Notes under the pieces: model-generated
Database searches by the model: none
Told to the model about the DNA's origin: nothing
The model's input: the letters and a program-made list of their open reading frames with translations, nothing else
Shown: piece after piece, positions 31,730-44,111 of the stretch
Position numbering within the stretch: position 1 is the stretch's first letter
Layout: every line of letters begins with the position of its first letter
Made by a program: the position numbers and the translations under genes
Source of the DNA: Octopus vulgaris
Taxonomy: Eukaryota
Reading direction: 5' to 3'
DNA length: 64,000 nt
Assembly: GCA_951406725.2 (NCBI GenBank)
Contig: OX597827.1
Location: forward strand, 37,696,001-37,760,000

Positions 31730-31731
<2 letters not shown>
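31176..31731 (-). mobile_element. ~555 bp non-coding retroposon-like unit between (TAA)n tracts
   Basis: Complex sequence bounded on both sides by (ATT)n, directly upstream of the Dong copy; orientation inferred. Confidence 0.55.
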
Positions 31732-31795
<64 letters not shown>

Positions 31796-31933
31796 CATCA
31801 TTATTATTATTAAAGGATTGACGTAACTCCTCACAAAGGTAAATAGACAATACGAAGAGCGCGATTATGCAATAGATATTTTTATTGGTTTGAATAAAAT
31901 ATGAATCGTAGTAGTTTCGCGCTCTTCGTTTTG

Positions 31934-31965
<32 letters not shown>

Positions 31966-31976
31966 CATCATCATCA

Positions 31977-32025
<49 letters not shown>

Positions 32026-32058
32026 TACTACTACTACTACTACTACTACTATTATTAC

Positions 32059-32143
<85 letters not shown>
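31731..32143. repeat. (ATT)n-rich microsatellites
   Basis: Direct. Confidence 0.95.
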
Positions 32144-32145
<2 letters not shown>

Positions 32146-35032
32146 AATTCCGCCGAGGTCGACTTTGCATTTTATCCTTTTGGGGTCGATAAATTAAGTA
32201 CCAGGGAAATACTGGGTCGATATAATCGACTAGTCGCCTCCCAACAAAAATTGATTGCAGGCCTTGTGCCTATAGTAGAAAGGAATATTATTATTATTAT
32301 TATATTTATTCAAGGGGGAAGATAGTGCCCTTTTACATGGGCTCCGAAACTGGTAGAAGGAAGAGAAGGGAATACAACAAAAATAAACTCAGAGGTGTTA
32401 ATGTAGCTGTAATTAAACATGAAAAATAATCAAGGTTCTGCTGTATATAGTGACTCTTAATTATTACGTTAAATATTCACAATTCAAACGCTTTCCAGTA
32501 AATTACATAAATATTTCTATGATATATAGGGCGGGCTTATAACTTTTTCCCAAACGTATACTGCTTATTGTTATGGACATTTACAGATATTTTCATGGCA
32601 GCTTTTACTGGAAATGATAATCTTCTATAGAATGAAAAAAACTGAGCCGACTTCAAAGGAATTTAACTTGGATATGTAATGTCTTTATCAATTTACACAG
32701 CTGTGCAGCAGTGCAGCATGACATAGACGCCAGTTAGTTGCGAAAAAACTATCCAAATTTTCAATGGTGCAACGGTATTCAATGTCGACACAGAGATGGA
32801 TGTATGTTAAGTTCTTTGTGTAAACACAAGGTTTTGATTTCTAGACTACTGAGTAATAACTTGGGCGAATGTTTTTTGTGTTGTTTTTTTTACCGTAATG
32901 GCTGACTTGTGAGTAAAATTTGGTCCCCAGAAACTGTGTGGAAGCCGTCAGTAGAACCGTTTTTGTTCTTGAGTGGTGGACCTTATTCATTACCCAGTTT
33001 AACACTACCTCTTAGTCCTTTGGAGTCTTTACCGGAGTCTACTTTCTTTATCGTTTAGGAAATGAAGGGCAACATATACGGTCCTTTATGTTTTAGAGTG
33101 CTCTAAGACTGGTGAAATGATAAAACAAAGTTATCTTCAAACCGGAGTCTTTGACCAAATTCTTGCAACAAAGTGAACTCCACTAAAGAGCAAGTGTTGA
33201 TTTTAAATTAGATTAAAACTGATTAAGTCTGCCACCTCAAAATTTAGGAGACAAAGAACTAGAATAAGCATCACAATACATCTCGTCTAGTGATCTAACA
33301 ATTCAGTCAGCCCACAACCTTTAACTGGTGCTTTAGTTTATCGACCCCCGAACGGATGAAAGACAAATTTGACTATGGTGAGATTTGAACTTAAAGCGCA
33401 GATAACTAGAACAAATATTGCAATGCATTTATTTTTTTTTTTTAGCGTTCTAATGACTCTGCCTATTTATTCGGGCCGAATCTCTCCCTCCCCACTTGGG
33501 AGTCTCTTTAAAAAGGGTCATAGGTGCTACCCCGTTTCTCTACTGACGAAGCCTTTAATAAAGAACAATAAACCACACCGAAGTCAACTTTTACTATTAT
33601 CATTAGTAATAGGTGGATATACTGAATAATATTTCTGGTTGGTGGCCATTGTGATGGAATCAGCTGAGGAGAATAAGCTCATGGGATTATATTTCTCTTT
33701 GATTTCCATATTAATAAATCCTTATTAAATCGGTGCAGGAGGAATACGGCAAACACATGTCCAGGTCCGGGTGTTATTAATGCTGCACGTGTTCACGACT
33801 CTGTCAGCTCACTACCTTACGAGCTTATATAATATTGAACGTCTGTTCCAATATCATTAACCAGGGCTCAGCAACACTATTGAAAGGGAAGGGATCCGGC
33901 AACGATTTGGAAAACGTGTTCTAGTGCGGAGTTTGGTGAGCGAGGTGCAGGAGTGTATACAAAAGTAGGATTGGTCGATGCATCGAGTGATGGACGAGGT
34001 GTGAGTGTTACACAGTTTATCAGGAGCAAATGCAACTGTTGTTGCAGTATAAGAAGTAGAGAGAAGAAACAGGAGGTTTGTGGGCTTGTTATATAGCGTA
34101 TCAGTAAGTGAATCTTTACAAATCAGTCGCGTGACTAAGAGTGGTTGTTGTTGCTGTTGTTTTTACTGATGTTGTTGTTGTTGTTGCTGCTGCTGCTGCT
34201 GTTGTTGTTGTTGTTGTTGTTGTTGTCTAGGATGTTTGTGTCTGTAGCAGCAGTTCTTGGCAAACATGTCGAGTCGGGATCATCACCACAGCAAAACTTA
34301 GTCAGATTCCAGATGGCATGTATATTTCAAATTGCTAGGACGTTAAGTATAAATAAATATTAACCATTATCACCATCACGATCACCATCATCATCATCAT
34401 CATCATAATCATCATCATCACCATCGTTACTATCACCACCACACCATCACCACCACAGAATCATCATCACTACCACCATCATCGTTACCGCCACTATCAT
34501 CCTCACCACCACCACCATTACTACTGTCGTCGACGTCGTCGTCATCATCATCATCACCATCATCATCATCACCATCATCATCATCACCATCATCATCACC
34601 ACTATCATCATAACCACTACGTCATCATTATAGTCATCAATTTTCCGTCATCATTATCAACGCTACTACAATATTCACCACCAGCATCATCATCCTCATT
34701 ATCATCATCATTATCATCATCATCATCATCATCATTTCAATTTTTAAACACGCTACACATACCATGTGGCTGTTTCCCCCTTCTATACTAAAATATTGTG
34801 CAACGTGTTTTTATTACATTAAACATAGCTCAATCAACAAATTTTTGTCTCTTTGTTTTTTTTAAATCTTGATCCACTTCTTTCGCAAACAAATTTGCAA
34901 ATATTACAAAAGCACAAAATAAAAAAAAACGCAGTACAGATAAATAGATACAAAACTTAGTAAAAATTTCTTCAGATTAAACAACGAAATCATTGAAAGA
35001 AAACATTGACAAAATAAAAAAATTACTAAATG

Positions 35033-35363
35033 CATTAATCCCTCGACTATCGTGGGTGTTACGTTCCAAAAACCTCACGATAGGTGAAAATTCGCGAAGT
35101 AGAAACAGTACCGTGCTATATATATATATTTTTTTTATTATTCTTAAAATTTGTATATATTATTTTCATAATTTGACAACGGTGGTGCCCCAGCATGGCC
35201 GCAGCCTTCGGGCTGAAACATTTTAAAGGAATTTAAGGATTTATATATTTATTTCATTATAAATGCAAAACAACACCACGGAGGAATTGACGTAAGCTCA
35301 AATAATAAACCGCGATAGGAGAACCGTGAGAGGTAAACCGCGATATGGCGAGGGATTACTGTA
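35033..35363. mobile_element. Tigger/pogo-like MITE with a short SINE-tail insertion (~35180-35243)
   Basis: taatccctcg ... cgagggattactg|ta inverted termini; the insert is also present at 19649-19710. Confidence 0.6.
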
Positions 35364-35384
35364 TATTATTCATAAGCACAGTCA

Positions 35385-35690
35385 CCGACACTTCGTTGAC
35401 GACGAGGGTTCCTATTGATCCGATCAAAGTAACAGCCTGCTCATGAAATTAACGTGGAGGCAGCTGAGCACTCCGCAGACACGCGCACCCTTAATGTAGT
35501 TCTTGGGGAGATTCAACGTGACACAAAATGCCACAAAGTTGGCTCTTTGAAATGTAGGCACGACTAATTTTGCCAACCAATTGGACTGGAGCAACGTGAA
35601 TTATCTTGATCAAGTATCTTGATCAAGGACACAACACGCCGCCCCGGAATCGAACTCACTGCCTTACGATTGTGAGTCGAATACCACGGG
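35385..35690 (-). mobile_element. tRNA-derived SINE
   Basis: Homologous to 4022-4325 and 7420-7715. Confidence 0.75.
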
Positions 35691-36399
35691 CCTTCAATTA
35701 CGCACAAACACACACATATGGAGAAAGAGAGAAATAAATTAAGAAAATAAAGAGTGGGAGGATTAAGGTGTTCCTTCATTCAGGTGCGTTTTCTGAGCAC
35801 GTAACAACAATTCTGATGTTCTTATAGTAAGTAGTTCCAGAGAAATCGACGGATGGAAATTTCAGTGTGTGGGTGCGCGCGCGCGTGCGTGCGTGTGTGT
35901 TGTATGTATATGTATGTGTGTATGTGTGCGTACGTTCGTGTAAATATGTATGTACGTACGCACTCACACATTAGCGTATGTATGAATGTACGTACGCATT
36001 GATACATTAGCGTATCTGTGTTGATATGATAGCAGTCGATATATACGTTTGTGAAGGTGTTTTAATGTGCTTCTCATTAAATGACCTAATAACTTTTTAC
36101 TTGGTTCCTGTGTTGATGCGTATATAATGTGTATAGAATGTATCATCGACTTCCTTCACATCTTATTTACATCACACCATACTTTCTAAAACTGCCTCGA
36201 CTTCATCTTCTGGTGCACATATCCTTAAAATATAAATTCAAGTAGAAAATGCATTACGACCAATTTTTTTTTTTTAGAGGAGTGTAGGTTGATTTACTTT
36301 TAAAAAATAACATATAAAGACATAGTGTGTGCATGCGTGTTGGTATATATCTTTATATATATATATATCTAAATACATACATACACATATATACATGTG

Positions 36400-36469
36400 T
36401 GTGTATATATAAATATATATATATACCCGAGTAAGCACATATATATGCACACACACATATATATATATA

Positions 36470-36500
<31 letters not shown>

Positions 36501-36533
36501 CCGAGTAAGCACATATATATGCACACACATATA

Positions 36534-36587
<54 letters not shown>

Positions 36588-36632
36588 ATATATATATATC
36601 CGAGTAAGCACATATATATGCACACACATATA

Positions 36633-36718
<86 letters not shown>
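36400..36718. repeat. AT-rich minisatellite (ccgagtaagcacatatatatgcacacac x3) in (TA)n
   Basis: Direct. Confidence 0.85.
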
Positions 36719-36722
<4 letters not shown>

Positions 36723-37103
36723 GTTATTCCATAAATTCTGTCCGATTTTACCTTTTTAAAATTGAATGAAATTTAATAGTATTTTAGAATGTCTAATGGA
36801 ATTGAAAATTATTTTTATGTACATTTAAACTAATTAAATATTATTTTACAGAATAATAGAATTAAAATTCCTTTGATTAAAACCCTTTCTAACATGGAGG
36901 TATCCAAAGAGCATTTGAGGCACATAATGCTTTATGAGTACAAAAAAGGAAACTCTGCAGACGAAGCGACTCGAAACATACACACAATTTATGAGAATGA
37001 ATGCTTGAATGAAAGAACTTGCAAAAGATGGTTTGCAAAATTCAGAAGTGGAGATTTCTGCCTTGAAGATGAAGATCTAACAGGACGTCCAGTTGAGTTT
37101 GAC
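36719..37103 (+). mobile_element. 5' half of a mariner element (TIR plus N-terminal transposase)
   Basis: TA|tcaggttattccataaattctgtccgattt TIR; ATG 36894 MEVSKEHLRHIMLYEYKKGNSADEATRNI..TCKRWFAKFRSGDFCLEDEDLTGRPVEFD. Confidence 0.85.
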
Positions 37104-37522
37104 AAGTTCCTTAAGGTCAGTCTGCGTATTTACTGATCCACTGCCGAGCGAGAGGCCTTCCCTTAAAAGGTCCAACTTCATTTTCGCTGTTACAAACAGA
37201 GTTCTTCGGAAACTCATGTCTCTCATAAACTGTCTCTGATAAAGTGCTTAACAACATTTTTTCGGTTTTACGTTCTAAGTTCAAATGCCGCTGAGGTCGA
37301 CTTTGCTTTTCATCATTTCGTGGTCGATATAATATGTACCAGTTGAAATTATACGACAATTAAAAAAACTTTAAATTTCTAGAACCTGCAATGCATCCCC
37401 ATTCACTCCATACTGGCATGATTTAGCGCCTCCTCCTTTAGAAACATGCCCCAGCTTAAAATCAGAGTTGTGTGTGTGTGCGCGGCGTGTGTGTGTTTGC
37501 ATGTATGTATATATATATATGT

Positions 37523-37595
<73 letters not shown>

Positions 37596-37607
<12 letters not shown>

Positions 37608-38180
37608 AAACTGAGAATGTGTGTATGTCTGTCTTCTGTCTGTCTGTCTGTGTGTTTCCCTAAAACTTGAGAACTACACAACCAATTTCATTCAAATTTT
37701 ACACATGTCTTACTTAGGGTCCGGGGAGTGTCATCGGCAAAAAAAATGTTCAACTTTTTGCCTAGGGTGAGCCCACAGCAATATCATATCTTCTCCTCTA
37801 CGATTCCCTAAAACTTGAGAACTACACAACCAATTCCATTCAAATTTTATACATGCTTTACTTAGGGTCCATGTAGTTTCATGGGCAAAAAAATGTTCAA
37901 CTTCTTGTCTAGAGCGAGCGTATAGCAATATCATATCTTCTCCACTATTTCAGTATTACGTGTTAAAAGTGAAACAAAAACGTTTCTCTATTTTATGTCA
38001 GATACTCTCACTTTAACAATAAAAATAATAATAACAATTGAATTATATGTAGTAAGTAATAATTAGAATCAAACTAAAGTATAATATAATCGTAACATAA
38101 CAAAAGTAAAAATAGCAATTGGTATAAAATTGCATCAATGACTTGAACTTGAATAAGTGGTTTCACATGAATGGGAATAA
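37596..38180 (+). mobile_element. 5' part of a non-autonomous Helitron-like element with ~150 bp internal tandem repeat
   Basis: tatatataaaa..(GTCT)n..aactacacaaccaatttcattcaaattt start resembles non-autonomous Helitrons; ccctaaaacttgagaactacacaacc repeated at 37658 and 37806. Confidence 0.55.
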
Positions 38181-38242
38181 ATTGAAAATAAAATTAGCGT
38201 GCAGAAATGGAATAGTCCAGATGGATAATAAAAAATTAAATT

Positions 38243-38291
38243 AAAGAAAAGACTATTGTCTATAAAGTATACAATGTAGAGGAAAAAGGTG
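38243..38291 (+). pseudogene. ORF1 relic, family C, left part (split by the array)
   Basis: KEKTIVYKVYNVEEK matches B KRTIVYRVFANERK and A KRTITYRTWCVESK. Confidence 0.75.
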
Positions 38292-40086
38292 GCGTTTTTT
38301 TCGGCTCCCGTGTTTTTTTGAGTTAGTTAGTTGAGTTATTCTGGTGTGTTTATTCTGGTGTGTTTATTTCGAGTAAAGAGGTTGTGAGTTCGAGTTCGTT
38401 GGAGGACGTGGAAAAATTTTTTCTTGAAAATGCAAGAGCAGACTTACGCGCGAGCGGCAGGCAGAGGCCTGGTTGCCGGTGAACTGGAAATGGAGGAGGT
38501 GATGGTCGAACAGAAGACTTTACAGAAGTATTTCGACAGTTTAAAGAGGGAGGGTGACTGTGTGATAGTCACACCGTCCGAGGAGGAGGAAAGCAGTGCA
38601 GAGAAGCGTACTATAACGTACAGGACGTGGTGCGTGGAGTCGAAGAAGATTGAAGTAGCGGAAATGGAAGAAGTGGAAAGGTGTCTGAAGGAAATTGAGG
38701 GTGAACCAGCATTTTTTAAAAGAGGAAGGAAGTATGCCACGGTAGTGGTGTATTTTAAAACAGAAGAGGAGGCAAAAAAGAACGCTACAAGAATTTTGAA
38801 ATCGGATAAGTGGACTTTGCTACCAAGTTACTGCGGAAGGAGAGCAGTGAGGATGAGAATCAATAGAATCTCACCCGAATTTAATATGGAAAGGTTGCTG
38901 GCAGCAGTGCTGTTTAACTGCAAGGATGATGTGGAGGTACTGAAGGTGGAGAAGTCAGCAGAGGTGAAGTGGTGGGGATATACGGTGCAGGTTCTGGCAC
39001 ACATAACCGTGCGAGACCTGTACAACATCCCGGAGGAGTTGGTCTACCCTGACGAAACACGGCTCCGAGTTGTGGTAGAGGGAAGACCCCCAATTTGCTA
39101 TAACTGTAAATCGAGGGGCCACATGAAGGATGTGTGCCCGCGAGAAAAAACAAAAGCACCAGAGGTTGTGATAGAGGAGTGTAAAGAAGCGTGTGTGGAG
39201 GAAGCGAAAGCGGAGGAAACACAAATGGAGGAGCAGTTAAATGAGGAAGAACGAGCAAGTGCAGAAGAGGAAAAAACAGAAGACAAGAAGAGATCAAGGG
39301 TGGAATCACCACCGAAAGATATAAAAAAGAAAAAAATCAAAAGCAAGATAGCAGAAGAGAGAGAAGAGAAAAAAGAACAGGAAGTAAAAGAAAAGGTGAG
39401 AGAGCGACCAAGGACAGAGTTTGAACAAGAATGGGAGACAAGAGTGAACGAACAATTGGAATCGTGTAAATATGGAAGAAGGCCTACAGGAAAAAACTTG
39501 AAGGCAGTTGTGATGTATATCAAGAATACAGAAGTGGAAAAGAGACTTGTAGGTAAGAAAGGGTTGGTCAGGGTGAAGGTGAACCCAAAACTGTATGGTG
39601 AAGATGTAAAAGGCGTCATTATAGACAAGGAGACATACACAAAATTAAAAAAGATATATCATGCTATGCATATAATGCATTATGTACGGTATGATAAATT
39701 ACCAGATGTAATAGATCAAACGGACCTATTGGATTATATGACGGACGAGTGTCTAATGTAAAAGAATTAGAATTGTTACTTGTAAAATTATTTGATGTAA
39801 AGTTGTGTTTTTGAACAGGAATATATGTAATGTTAACATGTAAAATTGTAAAATTATTGTACTGTGAACTGGAATATATGTAACTGTAAAATTGTATTTT
39901 GAACTGGAATATATGAAATGTATAATTGTATTTTAAACGGAACTGCGAGTTGGGGGTTCGTAAGCCGTTCCATCTCATTACATATAAATTCATCTTTTAC
40001 TTCATATTTTATTTTTACTTTATGTACCCCATGTCCCGTCTTGTAATGTCCCCCTCTTCGTGGCCCCTTGTGGGTAATAAAAAAAT
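38292..40086 (+). mobile_element. ORF1-only (HAL1-like) non-autonomous retroelement, family A
   Basis: 5' GCGTTTTTTTCGGCTCCCGTGTTTTTTT, single ORF, 3' GCCCCTTGTGGGTAATAAAAAAAT; termini shared with family B. Confidence 0.85.
38430..39761 (+). CDS. Tx1/L1-type ORF1 (gag-like nucleic-acid-binding protein, CCHC knuckle), 443 aa from ATG
   Basis: Intact ORF; N-terminal TYA motif, putative RRM-like region, VVVEGRPPICYNCKSRGHMKDVC (CX2CX4HX4C), E/K-rich linker. Confidence 0.8.
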   Translation: MQEQTYARAAGRGLVAGELEMEEVMVEQKTLQKYFDSLKREGDCVIVTPSEEEESSAEKRTITYRTWCVESKKIEVAEMEEVERCLKEIEGEPAFFKRGRKYATVVVYFKTEEEAKKNATRILKSDKWTLLPSYCGRRAVRMRINRISPEFNMERLLAAVLFNCKDDVEVLKVEKSAEVKWWGYTVQVLAHITVRDLYNIPEELVYPDETRLRVVVEGRPPICYNCKSRGHMKDVCPREKTKAPEVVIEECKEACVEEAKAEETQMEEQLNEEERASAEEEKTEDKKRSRVESPPKDIKKKKIKSKIAEEREEKKEQEVKEKVRERPRTEFEQEWETRVNEQLESCKYGRRPTGKNLKAVVMYIKNTEVEKRLVGKKGLVRVKVNPKLYGEDVKGVIIDKETYTKLKKIYHAMHIMHYVRYDKLPDVIDQTDLLDYMTDECLM

Positions 40087-40261
40087 CGCGTTTTTTTCGG
40101 CTCGTGTTTTTTCGGCTTAAAATTCGGTAAAAAAGAACAAAAAGCGTTGTTGTTGTTGTGGAAATTCTGAACGGCGTTGACGCGGTTTCGCGTTTCGCTC
40201 GTTCAGCGCGTTACACTTTTTCTGTTTTGGCGGCCGTTTTCGGTCTGTCAGACAGAAGGAA

Positions 40262-41676
40262 ATGGACTATGAGTCTCTAACAGACTTGTCCACGACAGAT
40301 GAGGAACTGGAACAGGCAATTGCAATGAAGCTGATGGAAGAAAAGGCTGGAGTTTTCGAGTCTTTATCAGACTTGTCTACGTCTGAGGAGGAGCTAGAAA
40401 TGGCAGTGAGGAAAATGGATCAGAAGCTGGGTTATACCTATGCCGGTGTAACCAAGAAGGCGGAAGAGAAAGGGGTCGACATGGCCAAGTTGCCAAGTTA
40501 CCAGAAATACATGAAAAAGGAAAGCGGTGAGGTGGAACTATCACCGACACCCAGGAGAAAAGAATGGTATGATAAGAGGACCATTGTTTACAGGGTGTTC
40601 GCAAACGAAAGGAAGAGGGTAGAAGTTGTAACCATGGAATGGATAGAGGAAGCCCTGCGAAGAACTGAGGAGGAAATAAATTTTCTGACTCGAGGATCCA
40701 AGTACGGGACCGTAGTTGTGCACTTTAAAAGTGAATCTGCAGCGAGGAAGATGGCAGCGAAGGCGGTGAAGTCGGAAAAGGTAACACTGTTACCTACGTA
40801 TTTAAACAGGAGGATTACACGAATAAGGGTGGAGGGAGTGCCACCAAACGTGGAGGCAGAATGGATTGTGGCGGCTGTGATCAGCGGCCACGAGGACGAA
40901 GTGGATATTCTCCATGCCTCGGTTAAGTCCGAGGGCTGGAGAGGCGTAACAGTGGAGCTGAACGTACAGGCAGAGACCGAGGTACTGGTGGACCTGACGG
41001 AAAGCATCAGACTGGGAGAAGTGATCATGAGAGTGTGGGTGGAGGGCAGGGCTCCACGTTGTTACAAGTGTGGCCTGAGGGGTCACATAAGAGCCTTCTG
41101 CCCTCCCCCAGGGAAAGAAATGGATCCCGAACCAGAGAGAGAGAAGCAGAAACCAGAGGAGAAGGAAACAGAGGAAGAGAATACACAGAAATGGAAGGAA
41201 GCTGGAAGTAAGAGGAAGAGAAGAATCGTGGAAAAGAAAATAATATGGAACTCCAATCTACCCCAAAACCACCCACACCCTCTGAGTCCCACCCTATCCA
41301 TGCAGACATTGAACCCACCCGCTCCCCCCCAACAAGAAAACAAAAGAAAAAAAAGAATACACACACACAAGAGATTGAAATCGAACCCAGGCCGTACATT
41401 TGTACTATGACTGAACAGAAAGAAGTTAAAAGTCTAATGGAAGAGTATAAATGGTTTGATGTTGGAGAGACTAGGTATGCTGTGATTGAAAAGAAGAACA
41501 TAGGTGAGTTTATGGTGAGGTGTGAAAGGGAGAATTGGGAGGTGAAAGATATAAGAATGAGCGATGAATTCGTGGAAAATATGGATGAGTATTTCGGAGT
41601 AAGAATGGATATGGAATTTATTCGTATTGGCAAAGAACATTCAAGTGACTATGAAAAACAAAGGACAGGTAAGTGA
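40262..41676 (+). CDS. Family B ORF1, copy B1 (one frameshift)
   Basis: ORFs 40262-41410 and 41245-41676; VWVEGRAPRCYKCGLRGHIRAFC. Confidence 0.75.
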
Positions 41677-42360
41677 TGCTGACGGACGGGGCCGTTGGTA
41701 TCGCTTTCATTTTATCATTTTTTTCGTTTAACAATTCATGTTCATAAAGTTTAATTATAATGTTCAATGTCCCCATGTCTTTTGTTGTCCCCCTCTGTGT
41801 CGCCCCTTAGTGGGTAATAAAAAATCAGCTGTGATTGAAAAAAAGAACATAGGTGAGTTTATGGGGAGGTGTGAAAGGGAGAATTGGGAGGTGAAAGATA
41901 TAAGAATGAGCGATGAATTCGTGGAAAATATGGATGAGTATTTCGGAGTAAGAATGGATATGGAATTTATTCGTATTGGCAAAGAACATTCAAGTGACTA
42001 TGAAAAACAAAGGACAGGTAAGTGATGCTGACGGACGGGGCCGTTGGTATCGCTTTCATTTTATCATTTCTTCGTTTAACACTTCATGTTCTTATAGTTT
42101 AATTATAATGTTCTATGTCCCCATGTTTTGTTATGTCCACCACTCTTCGTAGCCCCTTAGTGGGTAATAAAGAAATACATGTTTTTTTCGGCTCCGTGTT
42201 TTTTTTTTCGGCTCCTGAAAATTCGGTAAAAAGGAACAAAAAGGGTTGTTGTTGTTGTGGAAATTCTGAACGGCGTTGACGCGGTTTCGCGTTTCGCTCG
42301 TTCGGCGCGTTACACTTTTTCTGTTTTGGCGGCCGTTCTCGGTCTGTCAGACAGAAGGAA

Positions 42361-43776
42361 ATGGACTATGAGTCTCTAACAGACTTGTCCACGACGGATG
42401 AGGAGCTGGAACAGGCAATTGCAATGAAGCTGATGGAAGAAAAGGCTGGAGTTTTCGAGTCTTTATCAGACTTGCCTACGTCTGAGAAGGAGCTAGAAAC
42501 GGCAGCAAGGGAATTGGAAGAGAAGCTGGGTTATACCTATGCCGGTGTAACCAAGAAGGCGGAAGAGAAAGGGGTCGACATGGCCAAGTTGCCAAGTTAC
42601 CAGAAATACATGAAAAAGGAAAGCGGTGAGGTGGAACTATCACCGACACCCAGGAGAAAAGAATGGTATGATAAGAGGACCATTGTTTACAGGGTGTGCG
42701 CAAACGAAAGGAAGAGGGTAGAAGTTGTATCCATGGAATGGATAGAGGAAGCCCTGCGAAGAACTGAGGAGGAAATAAATTTTCTGACTCGAGGATCCAA
42801 GTACGGGACCGTAGTTGTGCACTTTAAAAGTGAATCTGTAGCGAGGAAGATGGCAGCGAAGGCGGTGAAGTCGGAAAAGGTAACACTGTTACCTACGTAT
42901 TTAAACAGGAGGATTACACGAATAAGGGTGGAGGGAGTGCCACCAAACGTGGAGGCAGAATGGATTGTGGCGGCTGTGATCAGCGGCCACGAGGACGAAG
43001 TGGATATTCTCCATGCCTCGGTTAAGTCCGAGGGCTGGAGAGGCGTAACAGTGGAGCTGAACGTACAGGCAGAGACCGAGGTACTGGTGGACCTGACGGA
43101 AAGCATCAGACTGGGAGAAGTGATCATGAGAGTGTGGGTGGAGGGCAGGGCTCCACGTTGTTACAAGTGTGGCCTGAGGGGTCACATAAGAGCCTTCTGC
43201 CCTCCCCCAGGGAAAGAAATGGATCCCGAACCAGAGAGAGAGAAGCAGAAACCAGAGGAGAAGGAAACAGAGGAAGAGAATACACAGAAATGGAAGGAAG
43301 CTGGAAGTAAGAGGAAGAGAAGAATATGTGGAAAAAAAGAAAATAATATGGAACTCCAATCTACCCCAAAACCTCCCACACCCTCTGAGTCCCACCCTAT
43401 CCATGCAGACATTGAACCCACCCGCTCCCCCCAACAAGAAAACAAAAGAAAAAAAAGAATACACACACACAAGAGATTGAAATCGAACCCAGGCCGTACA
43501 TTTGTACTATGACTGAACAGAGGGAAGTTAAAAGTCTAATGGAAGAGTATAAACGGTATGATGTTGGAGAGACTAGGTATGCTGTGATTGAAAAAAGAAC
43601 ATAGGTGAGTTTATGGGGAGGTGTGAAAGGGAGAATTGGGAGGTGAAAGATATAAGAATGAGCGATGAATTCGTGGAAAATATGAATGAGTATTTCGGAG
43701 TAAGAATGGATATGGAATTTATTCGTATTGGCAAAGAACATTCAAGTGACTATGAAAAACAAAGGACAGGTAAGTG
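42361..43776 (+). CDS. Family B ORF1, copy B2 (homopolymer frameshifts)
   Basis: ORF 42361-43512 plus a disrupted C-terminal segment. Confidence 0.7.
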
Positions 43777-44111
43777 ATGCTGACGGACGGGGCCGTTGGT
43801 ATCGCTTTCATTTTATCATTTTTTTTCGTTTAACAATTCATGTTCATAAAGTTTAATTATAATGTTCTATGTCCCCATGTCTTTTGTTGTCCCCCTCTGT
43901 GTCGCCCCTTAGTGGGTAATAAAAAATCACATGTTTTTTTCGGCTCCGTGTTTTTTTTCGGCTCCTGAAAATTCGGTAAAAAAGAACAAAAAAGGTTGTT
44001 GTTGTTGTGGAAATTCTGAACGGCGTTGACGCGGTTTCGCGTTTCGCTCGTTCAGCGCGTTACACTTTTTCTGTTTTGGTGGCCGTTTTCGGTCTGTCAG
44101 ACAGAAAGGAA

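Noticed and set aside
44007-44111. 35 aa N-terminal extension of the B3 ORF from a GTG start
   Set aside because: Out of frame in most other copies; it is 5' UTR
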